From positions 26,164,001 through 26,228,000 of the forward strand of contig OZ024764.1 in assembly GCA_964016885.1 (NCBI GenBank): 64,000 nt of DNA, read 5' to 3'. Below, piece by piece: positions 38,900-51,759 of the stretch. This stretch comes from Eledone cirrhosa (taxonomy: Eukaryota). The translations under genes were made by a program, and so were the position numbers. Within the stretch, counting starts at the first letter, position 1, and every line of letters starts with the position of its first letter. The notes beneath the pieces are model-generated. The model was given only the letters and a program-made list of their open reading frames with translations. It was not told the origin of the DNA and made no database searches.

Positions 38900-39362
38900 G
38901 TACCTCTGATCCTAGGTCTACCTGGATCACAGCTGACCTAGGGCTAAACAACAACAGCCCCTCTATATAATATTTAGAAAGTTTGTGGCTGGCCTACCTC
39001 TGATCCTAAGTCTACCTGGATCAGGACTGACCTAGGGCTAAACAACAACAGCCCCCCCCCCCTACATTATATAATATTTAGAAAGGTTGTGGCTAAACTA
39101 CCTCTGATCCTAAGTCTACCTGGATCAGGACTGACCTAGGGCTAAACAACAACAGCCCCCCCTACATTATATAATATTTAGAAAGGTTGTGGCTAAACTA
39201 CCTCTGATCCTAAGTCTACCAGGATCAGGACTGACCTAGGGCTAAACAACAACAGCCCCCCCCCCCTACATTATATAATATTTAGAAAGGTTGTGGCTAA
39301 ACTACCTCTGATCTTAAGTCTACCTGGATCAGGACTGACCTAGGGCTAAACAACAACAACAG
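38900..39362. repeat. ~100-104-bp tandem repeat (~4.5 copies)
   Basis: ctacctctgatcctaagtctacctggatcaggactgacctagggctaaacaacaacag recurs at ~38995, 39098, 39198, 39302. Confidence 0.9.
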
Positions 39363-39383
39363 TAACAACAATAAAGAGCTTAC

Positions 39384-39452
39384 TTTACAAATTTCTGGCA
39401 GCAGTAGCTTCACGTACATAGCTTCATCTAATCGGCTTGTGTCTTTTGGTTG
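39384..39452 (-). CDS. NF1: Neurofibromin exon (3rd in window), 69 nt, QPKDTSRLDEAMYVKLLLPEICK
   Basis: ctcag|CAA and AAA|gtaag; resembles human QPKDTMRLDETMLVKQLLPEICH (recalled). Confidence 0.96.
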
Positions 39453-39597
39453 CTGAGGACGGAAAGTACAAAGAAATTTAAATATGTGATTGTATGTAGA
39501 AGCATGTGTGCACATGTATACATATATTATCATTATCACTGTTTTACATCAATTTTTCCACGTTTGCACAGTGTATACTCCAATGTCCGATGTGCGT

Positions 39598-39756
39598 CAG
39601 GGTCGTCTTAACGCATGGGCACGCTGCGCAGTTGCCTGGAGGCCCCACGAGGGTAGGAGGACCATTTGTATTTTTATTCCTGTGAGTGGTTGTGTAGGCA
39701 GGGGCCCCAGTGCTCTGCTTTGCCCGGGGGCCTATAATGCTGTTAAGAAGGCCCTG
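39598..39756. mobile_element. Short non-autonomous DNA transposon (hAT-like MITE)
   Basis: Terminal inverted repeats cagggtcgtcttaac ... gttaagaaggccctg; no exact TSD seen. Confidence 0.55.
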
Positions 39757-39941
39757 ATGCGGCTTGCTATACAACAACAGACACTGGAGTACTTGCTTTA
39801 TTCTCCTCGGAAGAGGAGATATTAATCTGGAAATATCAGGACACAGGAATGAATTAAGGTAAACAAACAAGCCCTGTTTCTTACAATTTAATTATTCTCC
39901 GTCTAAACCTGCACTGTCGTGGCTTTCAAACTTCAAATTCT

Positions 39942-40693
39942 TTGCTAGCTGCAAAAGTCTTTTCCCTCAGAATGAAAGGCAGACTGTATGATGTGTGCAT
40001 ACGAACAGCAATGTTACATGGTAGTGAGACCTGGGCGCTGTCTGTAGAAGACTTGCGCAGATTAGAAAGAAACGAAGCCTGCATGCTCCAATGGATGTGT
40101 AATAGTAATATACGCGAACAGCAAAGTATAAACGAATTGAGAGAGAGACTGAGCATAAGAGGAACCAAATGCTGTGTGCAGGAGAGGAGGTTGTATTGGT
40201 ATGGACATGTGATGCGTATGAAGGATGACAGCTGCATAAAAAGGTGCAGAGCACTAGAAGTCGATGGAAGCCGCGGAGTGGAGAGACCCAAGAAGACCTG
40301 GGATGAGGTGATAAAAGCCGACCTTACCCAATTGCACCTCTCAAGGGCGATGACACACGACCGTGACTTCTGGCGTCACGCAGTGATACAGAAGACGCGA
40401 CTTCCCACAGGTACAAGCCGAACCTGAAGCCTATAGACAATATGCCTCCACCTCTTCCCACTGCAAAGTGGTCGTGGAGGTGCCACGGAAAAAAAGCACT
40501 CAGTCCACACTGTAAATGAGGTTGGTGTTAGGAAAGGCATCCAGCTGTAGAAATCAAGCCAGAATCAGTTCCTGTATGAGCAAGACAAGGTCAGCCGACC
40601 GGCTACTGCCCACAACAGGACAACCCGTCTAACCTATGCTAGCATGGAAGAGCAGACGTAAAACGGTGATGATGATGATGATGATGATGATGA
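39942..40693 (+). mobile_element. 5'-truncated copy of the RTE LINE (C-terminal ORF, 3' UTR, (GAT)n tail)
   Basis: Protein nearly identical to the C-terminus of ORF 51760-54492. Confidence 0.92.
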
Positions 40694-40702
40694 TATACTT
40701 AC

Positions 40703-40786
40703 TGAATTAAGTACTTGTTCCAAAGTGTCCAAAATAATCAACTGAGACTCAAAGAAATTTCTTTCAACCTCTGGGCCATTTAATCT
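40703..40786 (-). CDS. NF1: Neurofibromin exon (2nd in window), 84 nt, RLNGPEVERNFFESQLIILDTLEQVLNS
   Basis: tgcag|AGA and TCA|gtaagt; resembles human RIFGEAAEKNLYLSQLIILDTLEKCLAG (recalled). Confidence 0.95.
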
Positions 40787-40904
40787 CTGCAAGTTAAATA
40801 GAAATAATTAATTTATTAATTTATTTAACCCTTTCATGGCCATATTTCTAATGAAATACAACCATAATTAGTTAATGAAGAACCTAGAGGAATTTAAGTC
40901 AAAT

Positions 40905-42295
40905 TGGAAAGTTCTGCTGGTGACACGACAAAAACAGAGCATCCAGTCCACTCTGTAAAGTGGTCGTGTTGGTGACACAACAAAAACAGAGCACCCAGCC
41001 CACTCTGTAAAGTGGTTGTGTTGATGACACGACAAAATGTACCCAGTCCACCCTGTAAGGTGGTCTGCTGGTGACACAACAAAACGTACCCAGTCCACTC
41101 TGTAAAGTGGTCATGCTGGTGACACAACAAAACGTACCCAGTCCACTCTGTAAAGTGGTCATGCTGGTGACTAGACAAAAACAGACCACTCTGTAAAGTG
41201 GTTGTGTTGGTGACACAACAAAAAGTACCCAGTCCACACTGTAAGGTGGTCTGCTGGTGACACAAAACGTACCAAGTCCACTCTGTAAAGTGGCCCGCTG
41301 GTGACTAGACAAAAACAGACGACTCTGTAAAGTGGTTGTGTTGGTGACAACAAATGTACCCAGTCCACCCTGTAAGGTGGGCTGCTGGTGACACAACAAA
41401 AAGTGCCCAGTCCACACTGTAAAGTGGCCTTGCTGGTGACTAGACAAAAACAGACCACTCTGTAAAGTGGTTGTGTTGGTGACACAACAAAAAGTACCCA
41501 GTCCACACTGTAAGGTGGTCTGCTGGTGACACAACAAAATGTATCTAGTCCACTCTGTAAAATGGCCTTGCTGGTGACTAGACAAAAACAGACCACTCTG
41601 TAAAGTGGTTGTGTTGGTGACACAACAAATGTACCCAGTCCACCCTGTAAGGTGGGCTGCTGGTGACACAACAAAAAGTGCCCAGTCCACACTGTAAAGT
41701 GGCCTTGCTGGTGACTAGACAAAAACAGACCACTCTGTAAAGTGGTTGTGTTGGTGACACAACAAAAAGTACCCAGTCCACACTGTAAGGTGGTCTGCTG
41801 GTGACACAACAAAATGTATCCAGTCCACTCTGTAAAGTGGCCTTGCTGGTGACTAGACAAAAACAGACCACTCTGTAAAGTGGTTGTGTTGGTGACACAA
41901 CAAATGTACCCAGTCCACCCTGTAAGGTGGGCTGCTGGTGACACAACAAAAAGTGCCCAGTCCACACTGTAAAGTGGCCTTGCTGGTGACTAGACAAAAA
42001 CAGACCACTCTGTAAAGTGGTTGTGTTGGTGACACAACAAAAAGTACCCAGTCCACACTGTAAGGTGGTCTGCTGGTGACACAACAAAATGTATCCAGTC
42101 CACTGTGTAAAGTGGCCATGCTGGTGACTAGACAAAAACAGACCACTCTGTAAAGTGGTTGTGTTGGTGACACAACAAATGTACCCAGTCCACCCTGTAA
42201 GGTGGGCTGCTGGTGACACAACAAAAAGTGCCCAGTCCACCCTGTAAGGTGGTCATGCGGGTGGCACGACAAAAAGTACCCAGTCCGCACGGTGG
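40905..42295 (+). repeat. Diverged 49-bp-family array with ~275-bp higher-order period
   Basis: cccagtccacactgtaa(a/g)gtgg core; identical ORF starts at 41690, 41965, 42240. Confidence 0.88.
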
Positions 42296-42541
42296 TCCGG
42301 GTGCTTCTTGTTGTGACACCTACACGACCACTTTACAGTGTGGGCTAGATGCTTCTAGTCATGACACCTACACAACCACTTTACAGTGTGGGCTGGATGC
42401 TTTTTGCCGTGACACCTACACAACCACTTTACAGTGTGGGCTGGATGCTTTTTGCCGTGATACCTACACAACCACTTTACAGTGTGGGCTGGATGCTTTT
42501 TGCCGTGACACCTACACAACCACTTTACAGTGTGGGCTGGA
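42296..42541 (-). repeat. Inverted 49-bp-family units (~5 copies)
   Basis: gacacctacacaaccactttacagtgtgggctgg is the reverse complement of the family core. Confidence 0.85.
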
Positions 42542-42569
42542 AGTTTATATAAAACAAAACAATACATAC

Positions 42570-42713
42570 TGTATTTGATATTGACTGTAATATTTTGGTG
42601 AGTCCATTGATGACCAAAGAGAACTTGTAGTTGCTCACATTTATTATACACTCTTTGTTCTGTTCTACATTCTGAATGGACTGGGTTGTGTGTTGACCCT
42701 TTTTCACAGGTAA
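42570..42713 (-). CDS. NF1: Neurofibromin exon (1st in window; equivalent of coding exon 2), 144 nt, LPVKKGQHTTQSIQNVEQNKECIINVSNYKFSLVINGLTKILQSISNT
   Basis: ttgcag|TTA and ACA|gtatgt; resembles human LPIKTGQQNTHTKVSTEHNKECLINISKYKFSLVISGLTTILKNVNNM (recalled). Confidence 0.96.
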
Positions 42714-42814
42714 CTGCAAATAAAAACACATAAGGAATTAATTTGATGGCATATATCACCACCCAACATATTAAACCCACCTCCAACTTTTACTCAGGTA
42801 ACTGCAAATTTCTT

Positions 42815-43470
42815 CTTCTTTTATGCCCACTTATTCCTGAGTGGGTCATGCAAGCAGAGTCTTCAAACACTCCTTCCAGAAGGTCCTGTCAGAAGCAACC
42901 ATCTCCAACCGATCCGGTTGGATCCACAAGTAAGACCAGGCAAGTTCATGGATGTTATCCAACCACCTTGCCCAGGGTCTACCCCTGGATCTCATACCGG
43001 TTCGTTTTGCCCGTAAAAATCTGTCTTGCAATTCTTTCCTGTGACATTCTAACCACATGCCCACAGCATCAGAGCTGTGACCTCTAAATTTGGTGAAGTC
43101 ACGGCTCTACCAGGAGTGACACTCTGATCTGAGTTATGCACTCTATCAAGTAACTTTACTCCAAAGACCCTTTGGAGGAACCTCCATTTCAGCCGCTCGT
43201 ATTCTCTCAGTCATTACCCAAAATTCATGACCATAGGAAAGGGTTGGAACGAATACCGAATTGAAGATAGCAAGTTTCCCTTTTACGCCTACCTCCCTTC
43301 TTCTAATTACTGAATGCTGAAGATGATGCATTACTGCACCAGCTCCTGCAATTCTTGCACTTAATTCAGCCTCCTCCCTTCCATCGTTCGTGAACATTAC
43401 CCTGAGATACTTGAACTTCTCTACCTGCTTCAGTGAAACTCCATGCACATGTAGAGGGCACTGTGCGAGG
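42815..43470 (-). mobile_element. Decayed RTE LINE fragment (different subfamily), frameshifted
   Basis: LKQVEKFKYL...KLAIFNSVFVPTLSYGHEFWVMTERIRAAEM and RSRGRPWARWLDNI..LAWSYL motifs. Confidence 0.8.
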
Positions 43471-44099
43471 AATATTAACCCTTAGAAAGTATAAAACAGC
43501 ACTATGACTGCATCACATTAAATATTATAGTCTTCACTACTGCAAATGTTCACAACAATCTGTCTATTGTTGAAGATAGTATAAACACTAGCAGAAAAAC
43601 CACCCTTCCGGTAGTTTTCTGCTAGCATGTGTAGTGTGTATATTGATATTATACACAAGTATATATACATGTAGATATGATACATCAAATAACATCGTAA
43701 TTGACAATATACACAGAAATTGAACAAAGACTGCGTTACACTGTCTTATGTAATCAATAAAGTAATCCATGATACATTAAAAAAAGACGATGTTATATAT
43801 AAACTGTATTAGGAGAAAATTAGTGACGGAAATATATGAATGTTTATTTAAGCGATCGCTAACTGGAAGTGTTGACATTTGAAAATTTTAAAGAAGTGAA
43901 TCTTAAAATAACCAACAAAATTATTTATATTTAATCAAGAATAACGAAATTTACTAGATAAATTATGTAATATTCATTCCTTATTTATTCAAAGTAATCC
44001 AACTTATTTTACAAACGGGATAAAAAAAATATATTCTGGAAGCTGTCCCACACTCCTTACTTTATTGTAGTTTAGATTTGAAGTAACAAACCATATGAA

Positions 44100-45082
44100 A
44101 CCAGCACAACCACAACACCACCACCACCTTAACAACCACCATGACATCACCACAACACCACAATTACCAACACCACACCACCACAACATCACAACCACAA
44201 CACCATCACAACCACAACACCATCACAACCACAACACCATCAGCACCACAACACCATCACCAACAACACCACCACCAACACCACCACCATCACCATCACA
44301 ACCATCTTAACATCAACACCACCACCTCACAACTACCACAACTAACACCACCATCACTACACCACTACCATAACTACCACCACCACCACCACAACACCAC
44401 CACTACACACCACACTGCCACTACACCATCACCACCACCATTACACACCACCACCACCACAATTACACTACACCACTACTACACTACCACCACCAACACA
44501 ACTACACTACCACTACCACCACACCACTACACTACTACCACCAGCACCACACCACTACCACCACCACCAGCACTACACCACCACCACCAACACTACACCA
44601 CCACCACTACACCACCACACCACCACCACCACACCACCACCACCACCACCACCACACCACCACCACCACACCACTACCACCACCGCCACCACCACACCAC
44701 CACACCACCACCACTACACCACCACTACCACCACCACCACCACCACCACCACTACACCACCACCACCACCACACCACCACACCACCACCACCACTACACC
44801 ACCACCACCACCACCACTACACCACCACCACACCACTACACCACCACCACCACCACCACCACCACCACTACACCACCACCACCACCACCACACCACTACA
44901 CCACCACCACCACCACCACCACACCACCACCACCACTACACCACCACCACCACCACCACCACACCACTACACCACCACCACTACACCACCACCACACCAC
45001 TACACCACCACCACCACCACCACCACCACCACCACCACCACCACCACCACCACCACCATTACACCACCACCACCACCACCAC
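44100..45082. repeat. (CAC/CTA)n low-complexity tract
   Basis: Directly visible. Confidence 0.93.
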
Positions 45083-45306
45083 AGAGGCTACAAAATCTAA
45101 GCTGAAGTCACTGTGAGAGAGAAAAACGCTTCAACGGAAGGATTAAACATATGATGTAATTCATGAATATTCATGAGGTAGTGTTGCGTTGGGAGAAGGA
45201 GGAGGTAGAAGGGAAAGAGAGTGAACAGCGAGTGAGATACACTGACAGAGAGAGAAAGAGAGAGAGTGTGTGAGGATGAGTGAGAGGTTATGTATGTATG
45301 TGTGTG

Positions 45307-45359
<53 letters not shown>

Positions 45360-45453
45360 ATATAAAGTGAGTTAGAGAGAGAGAGAGGGGGGGGGAGGAG
45401 GAGAGTGTAAGACTGAACGGGCGTATAGGTATTTATATACGCGTGTGTGTATA

Positions 45454-45527
<74 letters not shown>

Positions 45528-45564
45528 ATATAATTATATATATTATCATTATATACACAAACAA

Positions 45565-45676
45565 ATCCCGCCGAGGTTAACTTTGCCTTTCATCCTTACG
45601 GGGTCGATAAAATAAAGTACCAGTAATGTACTGCGTACCTGCTGGCCTTGTGCCTAAAATAGAAACAATTATATAT

Positions 45677-45707
<31 letters not shown>

Positions 45708-46280
45708 CATATATATAAAACAATGTAATCTCTGATCGAGATGAAGCGTTAGTGTATTTGATTAAATACATATAAAAATGTGAAAACAGCCGTTAAAACA
45801 GCTAAATGCTGTCAAAGACGGCTATGGGTAAAAATGCCTGAGAGGACACATCATGGCGTCCGACCCTCTGCCGATTACTGCCAGTTCACCGCCTTCAATA
45901 ACAGTTGTCTCTACCTTAGACACGAGGCCAGCAATTTTGGGGGAGGGGAAAGTCGATTAAATTGGCCCCCAGTGCGTGACTGGTACTTTATTTTTTCGAC
46001 CCCCGTAAGGATGAAAGGCAAGGCTAACCTCAGCGGGATTTGAACTCACACCATAAAGGGACGTAACTCTGTGCTGCAAAGAATAGCGTCCGAGCCTCAA
46101 CCGATACTGCCAATCCACCGCCTTCAAAAATAATTGTTTCTACTTTTGGCTCAAGGCCAGCAATTACCCCAGTGTATTACTGGTGTTTTATTTTATCGAC
46201 CCCGTAAGGATGAAAGGCAAAGTTAACCTTGGCGGGATTTGAACTCAGAATGGCAAGGGCCGTAACTCTATGCGTCAAAA
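45565..46280. mobile_element. Cluster of SINE family A fragments in both orientations
   Basis: Core gttaactttgcctttcatccttacggggtcgataaaataaagtaccag on + at ~45575 and on - at ~45980 and ~46180. Confidence 0.75.
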
Positions 46281-46284
46281 ATAA

Positions 46285-46662
46285 TAATGGTTTCTTTATT
46301 GGCCACAAGGGCTAACGGGAAGAAAAACATTAGAGACAGCACAGGACGATACAAAGTGGGTTTGGGCCGTATAAAAAGGTTATAAAAGACAGAAACATGT
46401 AAAATAAATTAAAATTCAAACAACAAAAATTCCCCAATAGGGAGGGAGCTTGCGAGAGTCACTCATGGCGATAACCACACAAAAGACCACGGCCACTCTG
46501 ATCACCAGGGCAAGCAGCGCCCCTCTCTCAGTTTTCCCACTACTCAGTCTACAGGCGCATACTCAGAGTGGGCCCGTTCACTTGGACCAGATTCGCAACT
46601 TTCACCCACATTCAACAAACTTACTAGAAGACAGCAGTGACCTTTCCAGCCGCCTTCACTTA
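46285..46662 (-). mobile_element. Putative 3' end of another non-LTR retrotransposon (L1/Tx1-like)
   Basis: Minus strand has a decayed coding end (..KVANLVQVNGPTLSMRL*) then a UTR ending ggccaataaagaaacc; shorter copies of this tail at 18456-18585 and 51455-51583. Confidence 0.45.
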
Positions 46663-46937
46663 TAATTGTTTCTGCTTTTGGCACAAGGCCAACAATTACC
46701 CCCAGTGTATTACTGGAGAAATTGCTAGATTTGTTATGTCTTCATTACGTTTGAGTATTGATGCGCGTTTTGCTATTGATCAGCTCATGGTTCAATCTGT
46801 GTCCATCTAGCCTGACTTTGGAAGCAAAAGCTCGTCGGACCTTTGCTGTGGTATAGAGGATCGGACGCCATGCTTTGACGCATAGAGTTACGGCCCTTGC
46901 CATTCTGAGTTCAAAATCCTGCCGAGGTTAACTTTGC

Positions 46938-49900
46938 CTCAGTCTCTCACCTGACTTTATCCAGTAAATATACTCCTTAGACTTAACCCCTACTGTCTCA
47001 CCCTCCAAATAACCCCTCAGTCTCTCACCTGACTTTATTCAGTAAATATACTCCTTAGACTTAACCCCTACTGTCTCACCCTCCAAATAACCCCTCAGTC
47101 TCTCACCTAACTTTATCCAGTAAATATACTCCTTAGACTTAACCCCTACTGTCTCACCCTCCAAATAACCCCTCAGTCTCTCACCTGACTTTATCCAGTA
47201 AATATACTCCTTAGACTTAACCCCTACTGTCTCACCCTCCAAATAACCCCTCAGTCTCTCACATGACTTTATCCAGTAAATATACTCCTTAGACTTAACC
47301 CCTACTGTCTCACCCTCCAAATAACCCCTCAGCCTCTCACCCGACTTTATCCAGTAAATATACTCCTTAGACTTAATCCCTACTGTCTCACCCTCCAAAT
47401 AACCCCTCAGTCTCTCACCCAACTTTATCAAGTAAATATACTCCTTAGACTTAACCCCTACTGTCTCACCCTCCAAATAACCCCTCAGTCTCTCACCTGA
47501 CTTTATTCAGTAAATATACTCCTTAGACTTAACCCCTACTGTCTCACCCTCCAAATAAACCCACAGTCTCTCACCTGACTTTATTCAGTAAATATACTCC
47601 TTAGACTTAACCCCTGCTGTCTCACACTCCAAATAACCCCTCAGTCTCTCACCTGACTTTATCCAGTAAATATACTCCTTAGACTTAACCCCTACAGTCT
47701 CACCCTCCAAATAACCCCTCAGTCTCTCACCCAACTTTATCCAGTAAATATACTCCTTAGACTTAACCCCTACTGTCTCACCCTCCAAATAACCCCTACT
47801 GTCTCACTTGACTTTATCCAGTAAATATACTCCTTAGACTTAACCCCTACTGTCTCACCCTCCAAATAACCCCTCAGTCTCTCACCTGACTTTATCCAGT
47901 AAATATACTCCTTAGACTTAACCCCTACTGTCTCACCCTCCAAATAACCCCTCAGTCTCTCACCTAACTTTATCCAGTAAATATACTCCTTAGACTTAAT
48001 CCCTACTGTCTCACCCTCCAAATTACCCCTGTCTCTCACCCAACTTTATCCAGTAAATATACTCCTTAGACTTAACCCCTACTGTCTCACCCTCCAAATA
48101 ACCCCTCAGTCTCTCACCCAACTTTATCCAGTAAATATACTCCTTAGACTTAACCCCTACTGTCTCACCCTCCAAATAACCCCTCAGTCTCTCACCTGAC
48201 TTTATTCAGTAAATATACTCCTTAGACTTAACCCCTACTGTCTCACCCAAATAAACCCTCAGTCTCTCACCTGACTTTATTCAGTAAATATACTCCTTAG
48301 ACTTAACCCCTGCTGTCTCACACTCCAAATAACCCCTCAGTCTCTCACCTGACTTTATCCAGTAAATATACTCCTTAGACTTAACCCCTACAGTCTCACC
48401 CTTCAAATAACCCCTCAGTCTCTCACATGACTTTATCCAGTAAATATACTCCTTAGACTTAACCCCTACTGTCTCACCCTCCAAATAACCCCTCAGCCTC
48501 TCACCCGACTTTATCCAGTAAATATACTCCTTAGACTTAATCCCTACTGTCTCACCCTCCAAATAACCCCTCAGTCTCTCACCCAACTTTATCCAGTAAA
48601 TATACTCCTTAGACTTAACCCCTACTGTCTCACCCTCCAAATAACCCCTCAGTCTCTCACCTGACTTTATTCAGTAAATATACTCCTTAGACTTAACCCC
48701 TACTGTCTCACCCTCCAAATAAACCCTCAGTCTCTCACCTGACTTTATTCAGTAAATATACTCCTTAGACTTAACCCCTGCTGTCTCACACTCCAAATAA
48801 CCCCTCAGTCTCTCACCTGACTTTATCCAGTAAATATACTCCTTAGACTTAACCCCTACAGTCTCACCCGCCAAATAACCCCTCAGCCTCTCACCTGACT
48901 TTATCCAGTAAATATACTCCTTAGACTTAACCCCTGTCTCACCCTCCAAATAACCCCTCAGTCTCTCACCCAACTTTATCCAGTAAATATACTCCTTAGA
49001 CTTAACCCCTACTGTCTCACTCTCCAAATAACCCCTACTGTCTCACCTGACTTTATCCAGTAAATATACTCCTTAGACTTAACCCCTACTGTCTCACCCT
49101 CCAAATAACCCCTCAGTCTCTCACCTGACTTTATCCAGTAAATATACTCCTTAGACTTAACCCCTACTGTCTCACACTCCAAATAACCCCTCAGTCTCTC
49201 ACCCAACTTTATCCAGTAAATATACTCCTTAGACTTAACCCCTACTGTCTCACCCTCCAAATAACCCCTCAGTCTCTCACCTGACTTTATCCAGTAAATA
49301 TACTCCTTAGACTTAACCCCTACTGTCTCACACTCCAAATAACCCCTCAGTCTCTCACCCAACTTTATCCAGTAAATATACTCCTTAGACTTAACCCCTA
49401 CTGTCTCACCCTTCAAATAACCCCTCAGTCTCTCACATGACTTTATCCAGTAAATATACTCCTTAGACTTAACCCCTACTGTCTCACCCTCCAAATAAAC
49501 CCTCAGTCTCTCACCTGACTTTATTCAGTAAATATACTCCTTAGACTTAACCCCTGCTGTCTCACACTCCAAATAACCCCTCAGTCTCTCACCTGACTTT
49601 ATCCAGTAAATATACTCCTTAGACTTAACCCCTACAGTCTCACCCGCCAAATAACCCCTCAGCCTCTCACCTGACTTTATCCAGTAAATATACTCCTTAG
49701 ACTTAACCCCTGTCTCACCCTCCAAATAACCCCTCAGTCTCTCACCCAACTTTATCCAGTAAATATACTCCTTAGACTTAACCCCTACTGTCTCACTCTC
49801 CAAATAACCCCTACTGTCTCACCTGACTTTATCCAGTAAATATACTCCTTAGACTTAACCCCTACTGTCTCACCCTCCAAATAACCCCTCAGTCTCTCAC

Positions 49901-51431
49901 CTGACTTTATCCAGTAAATATACTCCTTAGACTTAACCCCTACTGTCTCACACTCCAAATAACCCCTCAGTCTCTCACCCAACTTTATCCAGTAAATATA
50001 CTCCTTAGACTTAACCCCTACTGTCTCACCCTCCAAATAACCCCTCAGTCTCTCACCTGACTTTATCCAGTAAATATACTCCTTAGACTTAACCCCTACT
50101 GTCTCACACTCCAAATAACCCCTCAGTCTCTCACCCAACTTTATCCAGTAAATATACTCCTTAGACTTAACCCCTACTGTCTCACCCTTCAAATAACCCC
50201 TCAGTCTCTCACATGACTTTATCCAGTAAATATACTCCTTAGACTTAACCCCTACTGTCTCACCCTCCAAATAACCCCTCAGCCTCTCACCCGACTTTAT
50301 CCAGTAAATATACTCCTTAGACTTAATCCCTACTGTCTCACCCTCCAAATAACCCCTCAGTCTCTCACCCAACTTTATCCAGTAAATATACTCCTTAGAC
50401 TTAACCCCTACTGTCTCACCCTCCAAATAACCCCTACTGTCTCACCTGACTTTATCCAGTAAATATACTCCTTAGACTGAACCCCTACTGTCTCACCCTC
50501 CAAATAACCCCTCAGTCTCTCACCTGACTTTATCCAGTAAATATACTCCTTAGACTTAACCCCTACTGTCTCACACTCCAAATAACCCCTCAGTCTCTCA
50601 CCCAACTTTATCCAGTAAATATACTCCTTAGACTTAACCCCTACTGTCTCACCCTCCAAATAACCCCTCAGTCTCTCACCCAACTTTATCCAGTAAATAT
50701 ACTCCTTAGACTTAACCCCTACTGTCTCACCCTCCAAATAACCCCTACTGTCTCACCTGACTTTATCCAGTAAATATACTCCTTAGACTGAACCCCTACT
50801 GTCTCACCCTCCAAATAACCCCTCAGTCTCTCACCTGACTTTATCCAGTAAATATACTCCTTAGACTTAACCCCTACTGTCTCACACTCCAAATAACCCC
50901 TCAGTCTCTCACCCAACTTTATCCAGTAAATATACTCCTTAGACTTAACCCCTACTGTCTCACCCTCCAAATAACCCCTCAGTCTCTCACCTGACTTTAT
51001 CCAGTAAATATACTCCTTAGACTTAACCCCTACTGTCTCACCCTCCAAATAACCCCTACTGTCTCACCTGACTTTATCCAGTAAATATACTCCTTAGACT
51101 TAACCCCTACTGTCTCACCCTCCAAATAACCCCTGTCTCTCACCTAACTTTATCCAGTAAATATACTCCTTAGACTTAACCCCTGCTGTCTCACCCTCCA
51201 AATAACCCCTCAGTCTCTCACCCGACTTTATCCAGTAAATATACTCCTTAGACTTAACCCCTACTGTCTCACACTCCAAATAACCCCTCAGTCTCTCACC
51301 TGACTTTATCCAGTAAATATACTCCTTAGACTTAACCCCTACTGTCTCACACTCCAAATAACCCCTCAGTCTCTCACCTGACTTTATCCAGTAAATATAC
51401 TCCTTAGACTTAACCCCTACTGTCTCACCCA
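46938..51431 (-). repeat. 78-bp minisatellite array 2 (~57 copies), inverted relative to array 1
   Basis: Reverse complement of the 18609-25040 unit. Confidence 0.96.
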
Positions 51432-51584
51432 GTCTAAATCAGAAAACCATTATTACAGCCTTCGCCATGAGTGACCCTTGGAAGTTTCCCCCTTTATACA
51501 CGGCCAAAAGCCACTTTGTATCGTCCTGTGCCGTCTCTAATGTTTTTCTTCATGTTAGCCCTTGTGGCCAATAAAGAAACCATT

Positions 51585-51735
51585 TGGCAGTATCGGTAGA
51601 GGGTCGGACGCCATGCTTTGCAGCAAAGAGTTACGACCCTTTATAGTCTGAGTTCAAATCCAGCCGAGGTTAACTTTGCCTTTCATCTTTACGGGGTCGA
51701 TAAAATAAAGTACCAGTCACGCAGTGGGGTTGATT
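51585..51735 (+). mobile_element. SINE family A copy with a single head unit
   Basis: tggcagtatcggtagagggtcggacgccatgctttgcagc...gagttcaaatcc...taccagtcacgcagtgggg. Confidence 0.8.
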
Positions 51736-51759
51736 CTTCCTCTATAGAAAAAATCCGCT

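Noticed and set aside
44141-45100. His/Thr/Pro-rich ORFs, and poly-Gly/Ser/Val ORFs at 56705-57421
   Set aside because: These are trinucleotide microsatellite translations.
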